Part shown: positions 32,215 through 39,529 of the stretch, piece by piece
Layout of the letters: each line of letters starts with the position of its first letter
Position numbering within the stretch: the first letter of the stretch is position 1
Assembly (NCBI GenBank): GCA_964619725.1
Contig: CAZUFC010000030.1
Span: 19,804 to 70,867, forward strand
DNA length: 51,064 nt
Source: an uncultured bacterium
GTDB taxonomy: Bacteria; CSSED10-310; CAZUFC01
Direction: 5' to 3'
The notes under the pieces: model-generated
What the model was told of the DNA's origin: nothing
The model's database searches: none
Seen by the model: the letters and a program-made list of their open reading frames with translations, nothing else
Program-made: the position numbers and the translations under genes

Positions 32215-34890
32215 GCAATGGAAGAGAGGCAGCAGACTGATATAAAGGAATTTGAGAACCGGGAATGGCTGGAGTCGCTGGAATTCGTCTTTCAGGATGA
32301 AGGTCCTGCCAGGGTGGAGGAGCTTCTGACTCTGTTGAACAACCGCGCCAAAAAAGAGGGCGCGGAATTCGCCTGTCCTGCGACCACCCCTTACATCAAT
32401 ACGATTCCCCAGAACCGACAGCCGCCTTATCCCGGAAGCCGGGAGATCGAAAGACGCATCAAAAGCATCATACGCTGGAACGCCATGGCTATGGTGGTGA
32501 GGGCCAATCGCGAGGCGAGCGGCATAGGTGGCCATATCTCGACTTATGCGTCGCAGGCGACTTTGTTTGAGGTGGCGTTCAACCATTTTTTGAGAGCTAA
32601 AACGGAGGATCATTTCGGCGATATAGTTTACTACCAGGGGCATGCTTCACCGGGGATTTACGCACGCGCCTTTCTGGAAGGCCGTTTGCAAGAGAAGGAC
32701 CTGGGAAATTTCCGAAGAGAACTGAAAAAGGGCGGAGGGCTGACTTCTTATCCGCATGCCTGGCTGATGGATGATTTCTGGAGATTTCCCACGGTATCCA
32801 TGGGATTGTCGCCCATACAGGCGATATATCATGCCCGTTTTTTGCGTTATATGGAGGACAGAGGTTTGAAGGAACCTTCCGATGAGAATGTCTGGGCCTT
32901 CCTGGGCGACGGAGAAATGGACGAACCTGAATCGATGGGCGCCATTACCCTGGCCTCCCGCGAAAACCTGGACAACCTCATTTTCGTTATAAACGCCAAC
33001 CTGCAGAGGCTTGACGGTCCGGTAAGAGGCAACGGCAAGATCATTCAGGAGCTGGAAGCGGCCTTTCGCGGCGCCCGCTGGAACGTCATCAAAGTCATCT
33101 GGGGGGGTGACTGGGACACGCTGCTGGATAAAGATGATGAAGGCGTTCTGATCGATGCCATGAACAAAGTCCTGGACGGAGAGTTCCAGAAATATACCGT
33201 CGAAGGCGGGGCTTATATCCGCGAACACTTCTTCGGTCAGGACCCCAGACTGAAGGAAATGGTGAAAAATTATTCGGATGAACAACTCGCGAAACTGCGA
33301 AGAGGAGGTCACGACCCGGAAAAAGTTTATGCCGCATATAAAGCCGCTGTCGAATATAAGGAGGGCCCTACCGTCATACTGGCTCAGACCATCAAGGGAT
33401 ACGGACTCGGCGAAGCAGGCGAAGGAAAAAACATTACGCACCAGCAGAAAAAACTCAATGAAAAAGAACTGCGCTATTTCCGGGGACGCTTCGGCATCCC
33501 CGTTTCTGACGACGATTTGCCCGATGCCCCCTTCTACAAACCCGCAGACGACAGCGAGGAAATCCGTTACCTCCGGGAGCGCCGGAAAGCCCTGGGAGGT
33601 TTCGTTCCTTCCCGATCAGTAACCGTCGAACCTTTGAAAACGCCCGAAAGCAGCTTCTTTGATGAATATTATGAAGGAATGGGCGACAGGGAAGTCGCAA
33701 CCACCATGGTCTTTGTCCATATGCTGTCACGTTTGATGAAACATGAAGAAATCGGCAAGCTGATCGTTCCCATCGTCCCTGACGAAGCCAGAACATTCGG
33801 CATGGAATCACTGTTCCGGCAGGCCGGGATATACTCTCATACCGGACAACTCTACGAACCCGTCGACAGGGAAAGCCTGCTTTACTACAAGGAAGCGCAG
33901 GACGGCGCCATACTGGAAGAAGGAATAACAGAAGCCGGCTGCATGTCATCGTTCATTGCCGCAGGAACAGCCTATTCTAATCTCAATATCAACATGATCC
34001 CCGTCTTCCTGTTCTATTCCATGTTCGGATTCCAGCGCATAGGCGACCTGATATGGGCCGCTGGAGATGCCGGCGCCAAAGGGTTCCTGGCAGGAGGCAC
34101 TTCAGGCAGAACCACTCTCCCCGGCGAAGGTCTGCAGCACCAGGACGGCAACAGCCATCTTCTGGCCTATCCCCATCCTTCCGTCAAAGCATACGACCCC
34201 GCATACGCATACGAAGTTGCAGTCATCGTTCGCGAAGGTCTACGGAGAATGTACGAAAAACAGGAAAACTGGATATACTACCTGACCATAATGAACGAGT
34301 TCTATAAACAGCCCCCCATGCCCGAAGGCGTCGAAGAAGGAATATTGAAAGGCCTTTATAAATATAAAAATGCCGAAAATCAAACTGATTCCGATAAAAA
34401 AGCGCACCTCTTCGGAAGCGGCGCCATACTCAACGAAGCGCTGGATGCTCAATCGCTCCTCCAGGATAAATACGACATACCCGCAGACGTCTGGAGCGTC
34501 ACCAGCTATAAAGAACTCCACCAGGACGCCCTGGCAGCAGACAGATACAACATGATCCACCCGGATGAAAAGCCCAGACTTTCCTACCTGGAAAACGTTT
34601 TATCGGATGAAAAAGGAGTCTTCGTCGCAGCAAGCGATTACGTCAAAGCGCTTCCCGCTTCCGTGGCAAAATGGATGCCCGGACCTTACAAAATCCTGGG
34701 AACAGATGGTTTCGGCAGAAGCGATACACGGCAGGCGCTCAGAGATTTCTTTGAAGTCGACAGCCGTTACATCACTCTCGCTGCACTTCACGCCCTTCAC
34801 GAAAAAAAGGCTATCGACGATGATCTCATTAAAAAAGCGATCAAAGACCTGGATATAAATCCAAATAAACCCAATCCCGCGTATGAATGA
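32215..34890 (+). CDS. aceE: Pyruvate dehydrogenase E1 component, homodimeric AceE type.
   Basis: The roughly 890-aa ORF has an N-terminus (MEERQQTDIKEFENREWLESLEFV) that is colinear with E. coli AceE (..ETRDWLQAIESV). The ThDP-binding motif is GDGEMDEPES. I start it at an ATG with an aaggag SD. The ORF track starts at 32158. Confidence 0.9.
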   Translation, partial: AMEERQQTDIKEFENREWLESLEFVFQDEGPARVEELLTLLNNRAKKEGAEFACPATTPYINTIPQNRQPPYPGSREIERRIKSIIRWNAMAMVVRANREASGIGGHISTYASQATLFEVAFNHFLRAKTEDHFGDIVYYQGHASPGIYARAFLEGRLQEKDLGNFRRELKKGGGLTSYPHAWLMDDFWRFPTVSMGLSPIQAIYHARFLRYMEDRGLKEPSDENVWAFLGDGEMDEPESMGAITLASRENLDNLIFVINANLQRLDGPVRGNGKIIQELEAAFRGARWNVIKVIWGGDWDTLLDKDDEGVLIDAMNKVLDGEFQKYTVEGGAYIREHFFGQDPRLKEMVKNYSDEQLAKLRRGGHDPEKVYAAYKAAVEYKEGPTVILAQTIKGYGLGEAGEGKNITHQQKKLNEKELRYFRGRFGIPVSDDDLPDAPFYKPADDSEEIRYLRERRKALGGFVPSRSVTVEPLKTPESSFFDEYYEGMGDREVATTMVFVHMLSRLMKHEEIGKLIVPIVPDEARTFGMESLFRQAGIYSHTGQLYEPVDRESLLYYKEAQDGAILEEGITEAGCMSSFIAAGTAYSNLNINMIPVFLFYSMFGFQRIGDLIWAAGDAGAKGFLAGGTSGRTTLPGEGLQHQDGNSHLLAYPHPSVKAYDPAYAYEVAVIVREGLRRMYEKQENWIYYLTIMNEFYKQPPMPEGVEEGILKGLYKYKNAENQTDSDKKAHLFGSGAILNEALDAQSLLQDKYDIPADVWSVTSYKELHQDALAADRYNMIHPDEKPRLSYLENVLSDEKGVFVAASDYVKALPASVAKWMPGPYKILGTDGFGRSDTRQALRDFFEVDSRYITLAALHALHEKKAIDDDLIKKAIKDLDINPNKPNPAYE

Positions 34891-35000
34891 CTGTTCTTCA
34901 CGATCAATCCGTTGATTAAACCGGCATAGCTGATGTGACTAAATTTAAAATCTTATTCACCTGACGCACAAGGCGGCAGGGGCCGTGTTTGTTATTGTGG

Positions 35001-35202
35001 GCCTGATCAAACACGGATTACACTTCTTTCAAAATTTTCGACAGTTTGTTTCAGCAATAGGTATCGGGATCGGATTCGGTTTCGGCGGCCGTATCGGTAT
35101 CGGGTCGGATTCGGTTTCGGCGTCGGGATCGGCATCGCAATCCGAATAGCAATCGAAACAAAATGATGGAATATTCTGCCGAATTTTAACCTCAAAAGAC
35201 AC
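35001..35202 (+). repeat. Family B MITE-like element, full copy with a core of about 16 units.
   Basis: The L arm is gcctgatcaaacacggattacacttctttcaaaattttcgacagtttgtttcagcaatag. The core is gtatcgggatcggattcggtttcggcggccgtatcggtatcgggtcggattcggtttcggcgtcgggatcggcatcgcaatccgaatagcaatcg. The R arm is aaacaaaatgatggaatattctgccgaattttaacctcaaaagac. Confidence 0.85.
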
Positions 35203-35206
35203 TTTT

Positions 35207-35224
35207 CAGGCACAATTATTGCTT
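35207..35224 (+). promoter_or_regulatory. Sigma-54 -24/-12 promoter, aGGCACa-N4-TTGCT.
   Basis: GG 35209-10 and GC 35221-22 have the exact N10 spacing. It is a near-consensus match to TGGCACG-N4-TTGCW. The predicted TSS at about 35233 lies upstream of the Hsp20 gene. Confidence 0.55.
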
Positions 35225-35358
35225 CCTAATTCGGTGAGAGTTATTGATTTTTTGATCATAAAAATTCTGCGGGCATAATGAACTTCTGCGATACACAAAG
35301 TAAAAAAATTATCAACATATTGGAAAACAGAAGGCGTTATGTTTATGGAGAAACAAAA

Positions 35359-35838
35359 ATGGAAATAAGCGCCAATGAATTCAGAAGAAATACAAACAAT
35401 GGAAGAGCGAACCGTTTTCCGAAATTTGAAAAACCGGAAAACGGAGCTTCAAAACCTGAGCCCCGAAACAGTTGGCTGCCGCTGACCGACATTATGGAAG
35501 CGGACACCAAGGTTATTGTTTTAGTCGAACTGCCGGGAATGGAATCGGATCAGGTCGAACTGGAAATCGAAAATAATTTTTTAACGATTCGTGGGGAGAA
35601 ACCCAACGATCTGTTTGAAACGGATCATTATCTTCATAATTGTGAGAGGTACAGCGGAATATTTCAAAGGATTTTTTTGCTTCCCCACAATCTGGTTGTA
35701 AAAAATGCTCACGCCTGGTTTAAAAACGGTTTACTGACCGTCGAGATTCCAAAGTGGGGCGGAGATACGCCGTATTTCAGCAACGTAAGAAGAGCCGGGC
35801 AAATGGAACATCCGAAACACACAATTCGAATCGAATGA
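35359..35838 (+). CDS. Hsp20 / alpha-crystallin family small heat-shock protein, second copy.
   Basis: The alpha-crystallin domain is WLPLTDIMEADTKVIVLVELPGMESDQVELEIENNFLTIRGEK...GLLTVEIPK. I chose the ATG with a ggag SD, giving 159 aa. The ORF-track start at 35278 has no SD. Confidence 0.8.
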   Translation: MEISANEFRRNTNNGRANRFPKFEKPENGASKPEPRNSWLPLTDIMEADTKVIVLVELPGMESDQVELEIENNFLTIRGEKPNDLFETDHYLHNCERYSGIFQRIFLLPHNLVVKNAHAWFKNGLLTVEIPKWGGDTPYFSNVRRAGQMEHPKHTIRIE

Positions 35839-35865
35839 TTTGAAATTTCATCTAAGAAATGCAAA

Positions 35866-35902
35866 GAACGGATTGGAACCATTTCCAATCCGGTTCTTTT
35901 AT
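35866..35902 (+). terminator. Intrinsic terminator after Hsp20-2.
   Basis: aagaacggattggaacc atttc caatccggttctt forms a stem of about 13 bp, followed by ttttatg. Confidence 0.6.
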
Positions 35903-36235
35903 GCATTGGTTAATCCGGGAACTGATGAAAAATGATGAATTCAAACAAAATATTTTGATTTCCGATCATTTTTTCATCGGCGATCAGGAGGAGAAAGAAG
36001 GAACTTTTTTTGAATTTAAATAGGAAAACAGACATGGTATGGCATCGTCACACTTCATGCTCCGACAATGACTGCGTATCCGATGCTGTGTTCGATAAAG
36101 CCGGAGGTTGAAATTCCCGGAAAATGTAATATGCTGTATTTTTTCCCTGCGCCGGTTCCTGATAAGGCGAACGGCTTCCGGTTGCTCGAAGTATTCAGAA
36201 TTCTGTAAACGGGAACTCAACGGAAAGGATGAATC

Positions 36236-36517
36236 ATGAAGATAAAACACGTGGAAGGAAAAGACCGGGGCAAAATAATGTTGTATGCCATCAGCACATG
36301 CGTCTGGTGTAAAAAAACCAAAAGGTTGCTGGACGAACTGGGTGCAGCATACGATTATATAGATGTGGACACCCTGTCGCAGGAAGAAAAAGAACAAACA
36401 AAAAAGGAGATGCAGGCTTGGAATCCGCGACTGTCTTACCCCACTCTTATCATCAATAGTGAAGCCGTAGTGGGGTACAAGGAAGACAAAATAAGGAAAT
36501 TGCTCGAAAAAGATTAA
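36236..36517 (+). CDS. Glutaredoxin-like / NrdH-like small thiol-disulfide protein.
   Basis: The 93-aa ORF has a CVWC active-site motif near the N-terminus (MLYAISTCVWCKKTK) and a thioredoxin-fold pattern (..YPTLIIN..). An aaaggatg SD is present. Confidence 0.8.
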   Translation: MKIKHVEGKDRGKIMLYAISTCVWCKKTKRLLDELGAAYDYIDVDTLSQEEKEQTKKEMQAWNPRLSYPTLIINSEAVVGYKEDKIRKLLEKD

Positions 36518-36541
36518 CAGGAGTCTGTTAAGGAGAAAAAT

Positions 36542-37063
36542 ATGGCTGAAAACAACGACATTCCTCAGAAGCAAATCGATGATCTTTATGAAAAGCTGGA
36601 CAGAGAAGCGGAGGAGTCCGGATATCACCTGAATCCGGATGAAGAATTCACCAAAGAACTCGTCAAGGGATTGATCACAAACGAGAAAAGGTACGGATAC
36701 CCGGCATGCCCCTGCCGCCTGGCCGAAGGCGATAAAATAGAAGACCTGGACATCATCTGTCCCTGCGATTACAGAGATGCGGACCTGAATGACTACGACG
36801 CGTGCTATTGCGCTCTTTATGTGACGCAGGAGGTTGTAGAAGGCAAAAAAGAAGCCGCTTCCATACCTGAAAGACGCCCGCCCAGAGAGGAAAGAAGTCA
36901 GATCAAAAGGCAGAAACCGGCCCAAAGCGCGTCTGAACTGCCCTACACTGTCTGGCGATGCAAGGTTTGCGGTTACCTCTGCGCAAGAGAACAACCGCCC
37001 CAGGTCTGCCCCGTATGCTTCGCCAAAAAAGACAGGTTTGAAGTCTTTATCAGAAGCAAGTAA
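36542..37063 (+). CDS. Ferredoxin:thioredoxin reductase catalytic-subunit-like domain fused to a C-terminal rubredoxin domain (FTR-Rd fusion).
   Basis: The FTRC cysteine pattern is [24 protein letters not shown]...DACYCALY, i.e. CPC-x16-CPC-x..-CxC. The C-terminus reads WRCKVCGY...CPVCF, a rubredoxin CxxCG...CPxC pattern. A ggagaaaaat SD is present. Confidence 0.8.
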   Translation: MAENNDIPQKQIDDLYEKLDREAEESGYHLNPDEEFTKELVKGLITNEKRYGYPACPCRLAEGDKIEDLDIICPCDYRDADLNDYDACYCALYVTQEVVEGKKEAASIPERRPPREERSQIKRQKPAQSASELPYTVWRCKVCGYLCAREQPPQVCPVCFAKKDRFEVFIRSK

Positions 37064-37180
37064 TGCGACTGAGCAAATGGGTATACATTTTGTCCCGGCA
37101 ATAAATCGGCCTATTGAAATAGCGTTGCCAAAGCCGGCTGTTATGCACATTTGACACGCGACCCCGGATTTCGGGAAGAA

Positions 37181-37290
37181 TCAGACCGGGTTTATACTAC
37201 TTTCAAGACTTTTGACGGTTTGTTTCAGTAATCGGGGCCGGTATCGGAATCGGGGGTGAAATCGGTAACGAAATCGAAACAAAATTCATT
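37181..37290 (+). repeat. Family B MITE-like element with a short core of about 6 units and a degenerate R arm.
   Basis: tcagaccgggtttatactactttcaagacttttgacggtttgtttcagtaatcggggccggtatcggaatcgggggtgaaatcggtaacgaaatcgaaacaaaattcatt. Confidence 0.8.
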
Positions 37291-37383
37291 AACCGCAGCG
37301 GGGCTGTGAAAGGTGAAGAAACGATAAAGGTTAATTCCAGGGCCAAATGCCTAAATTCGACAGAATAAGCAAACTGCACAGGG

Positions 37384-37604
37384 TAACGTGAATAAAAACT
37401 CATTAAAATTTTAACCCCTCACGGAAGGTAAAGAAAAAAACTTCACCAAACCTATCAGGGGGATTTGAAAGGGTGCGCTGAACTGAAAGATTCATTCTGC
37501 TAAAGCAGGCTGGAAGCCTGCGCTCCCAGTAACCCCTCGTAATTGGGAATTCAGTTAGCGTGAATAAAAACTCATAAAAATTGAAACCCCTCACGGAAGG
37601 TAAA
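37384..37604. repeat. Two direct copies of a roughly 50-bp unit, 171 bp apart, in an 800-bp non-coding region.
   Basis: 37384-37433 is gtaacgtgaataaaaactcattaaaattttaacccctcacggaaggtaaag. 37555-37604 is gttagcgtgaataaaaactcataaaaattgaaacccctcacggaaggtaaaa. Confidence 0.7.
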
Positions 37605-38113
37605 AAATACAGCTCAATACAGCGTTCTGCCTAATAGCCGTCCATAAGCCTGAATCGTAAGTTTGATGCTTATGGACCTTTTTTCCGCTAATAAGTTTTT
37701 GTCCATAAACGGTGAATTTCCCCAAATGCTGCGTCAGGCTGCGGATTTGCTCAGTCAATGTATAAACAATACCCCTGCCTCGCAAATCCTTGCCTTCCTT
37801 GTCTTAAGAAAAATTCGCCCGTTTATGGATCAAAAACCCAAGTGGCTGTCCAGCATTAAATTTTGAATCGAGATTCGAGTTTGTGGACAGACACTAATAA
37901 GGTTATTATCCGGATATTTCAAAAGAAACAATGCCGTTTCAATCAGGTATGCTGAAAATATGCACACCATTTATCGTGAACCCTCACAGTTCTATTTTGG
38001 CTGAAAAGTTGCATAACGAAAATCAGGATGAATCGGGGAAATTTCTTCTGTTACAGCAGTCTTGAACAACAGCCGGAAATATCCCGCAAAGTTTAATCAA
38101 AAGGAGCAACAGT

Positions 38114-39478
38114 ATGAAAAATTATGATTATATTATAGTCGGCAACGGTTCGGGCGGGGCTCTGGCGGATGCGGCCGTTTCTCATAATCTGAAAATCGCG
38201 GTTATCGATAAAAAGCCCATCGGCGGGACATGCGAAAATTTCGGTTGCATTCCGTCCAAGATGCTGATGCTGCCGGCTCATCGTATAATGGAAATAAAAG
38301 AAGCCGCCAGATTGGGCATCAAAACGGAAATAACCGATACGAACTTCAGCGAAGTTATGGAAAGAATGCGGATACACCGGAAAGCGACCCAGGACCGCCG
38401 GTATGATGCTGTAAGAAATTCCCCTCCGATGGATTTTTATTTCGGCGAAGCGGAATTTACGGACGAATATACGTTAAGCATAAACGGCAAAACGCTCCGC
38501 GGCGAAAAAATAGTGATAGCGGCCGGAGCCCGTCCTTCACATCCGCCGATTGAGGGAATCGACAGCCACCCTACTTTGAATAATGAAACCGTCCTTGAAT
38601 TGAAACGTCTTCCACGCAGCATGATCATCATCGGCGGCGGATACATTGCAGCGGAATACGGACATTTTTTTTCAGCCTTCGGCAGTGAAGTAACGATCAT
38701 TGAACAGGGAAATCGATTATTGTCGAATGAAGAGCCGGAAATTTCAGAAGCGTTGGAGAAGGCTCTTGGAGATAGACTGAATATAGTTTTGAACGTTAAA
38801 GCTGAAAAAATGGAAGGCAATGATTACGGGCTCAGAATATCGGGACGGGATGAAAAAGGCGACTTGATGAAAATTGAAGCGGAAGAGCTGCTCATTGCGA
38901 CAGGTCGGATTTCTAATGCTGATGTATTAAAAGTTGGAAACACAGGCGTCGCCGTGGACGATCGCGGTTTCATCAGAGTGAACGAAAGGCTCGAAACAGG
39001 AAAAGAGGGCATCTGGGCGCTCGGAGACATTATCGGCAAGCAGATGTTCAAACATGTCGCCAATCGCGAGGCCGGCGTAGTCTTTGAAAACAGCATTCAC
39101 GGCGAAAAAATGGAGATGGACTACGATTCCATTCCTCATGCCGTCTTTACATATCCTGAAATAGCTTCACTCGGATACACGGAAAATCAGGCGCGAAAGA
39201 AACACGACATATGGGTCGGAAGAGCCGGTTATTCTGATACCGCCTGGGGACTGGCCATGCGGGAAGAAGAAGGATTCGTAAAAATAATTGTGGACCGGGA
39301 AAGCAGAAATGTCATCGGGGCCCACATTTTCGGACCCAACGCTTCAATGATAATCCAGGAGTTGATCAATGCCGCATCCGGCAAACATGACATAAGCGCT
39401 CTGGCAAATCCCATGCACATCCATCCGGCATTGCCTGAAGTGATAACTTCTGCGTTGTATAACCTGGAGGAAGTATAG
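38114..39478 (+). CDS. Class I pyridine-nucleotide disulfide oxidoreductase (dihydrolipoamide dehydrogenase / glutathione-reductase / mercuric-reductase-like flavoprotein).
   Basis: The FAD motif is IIVGNGSGGA and the redox-active CxxxxC is GGTCENFGCIPSK. The NAD(P) motif is IIGGGYIAAE. A C-terminal dimerisation domain with HIHPALPE is present. An aaaggag SD is present. Confidence 0.85.
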   Translation: MKNYDYIIVGNGSGGALADAAVSHNLKIAVIDKKPIGGTCENFGCIPSKMLMLPAHRIMEIKEAARLGIKTEITDTNFSEVMERMRIHRKATQDRRYDAVRNSPPMDFYFGEAEFTDEYTLSINGKTLRGEKIVIAAGARPSHPPIEGIDSHPTLNNETVLELKRLPRSMIIIGGGYIAAEYGHFFSAFGSEVTIIEQGNRLLSNEEPEISEALEKALGDRLNIVLNVKAEKMEGNDYGLRISGRDEKGDLMKIEAEELLIATGRISNADVLKVGNTGVAVDDRGFIRVNERLETGKEGIWALGDIIGKQMFKHVANREAGVVFENSIHGEKMEMDYDSIPHAVFTYPEIASLGYTENQARKKHDIWVGRAGYSDTAWGLAMREEEGFVKIIVDRESRNVIGAHIFGPNASMIIQELINAASGKHDISALANPMHIHPALPEVITSALYNLEEV

Positions 39479-39529
39479 AATTCCGGGAATGATCAATAAC
39501 CGGAAACTTGAGCTCCCTGGTCTTCCTCA

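Noticed and set aside
32647-33441. A 264-aa minus-strand ORF inside aceE.
   Set aside because: It is antisense to the strongly supported E1 gene, which has a ThDP motif and is colinear with AceE. It has no independent support.
36100-36140. A GGCTTCcggtTGCT motif upstream of the glutaredoxin-like gene as another sigma-54 promoter.
   Set aside because: The GG-to-GC spacing is 9 nt rather than the required 10, so it was not counted.
35984-37150. A 388-aa minus-strand ORF spanning the glutaredoxin-like and FTR-rubredoxin genes.
   Set aside because: It is antisense to two well-supported plus-strand genes that have SDs and conserved cysteine motifs. Its translation is low-complexity (F/L/R-rich) with no recognisable domain. 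I treat it as a shadow ORF.
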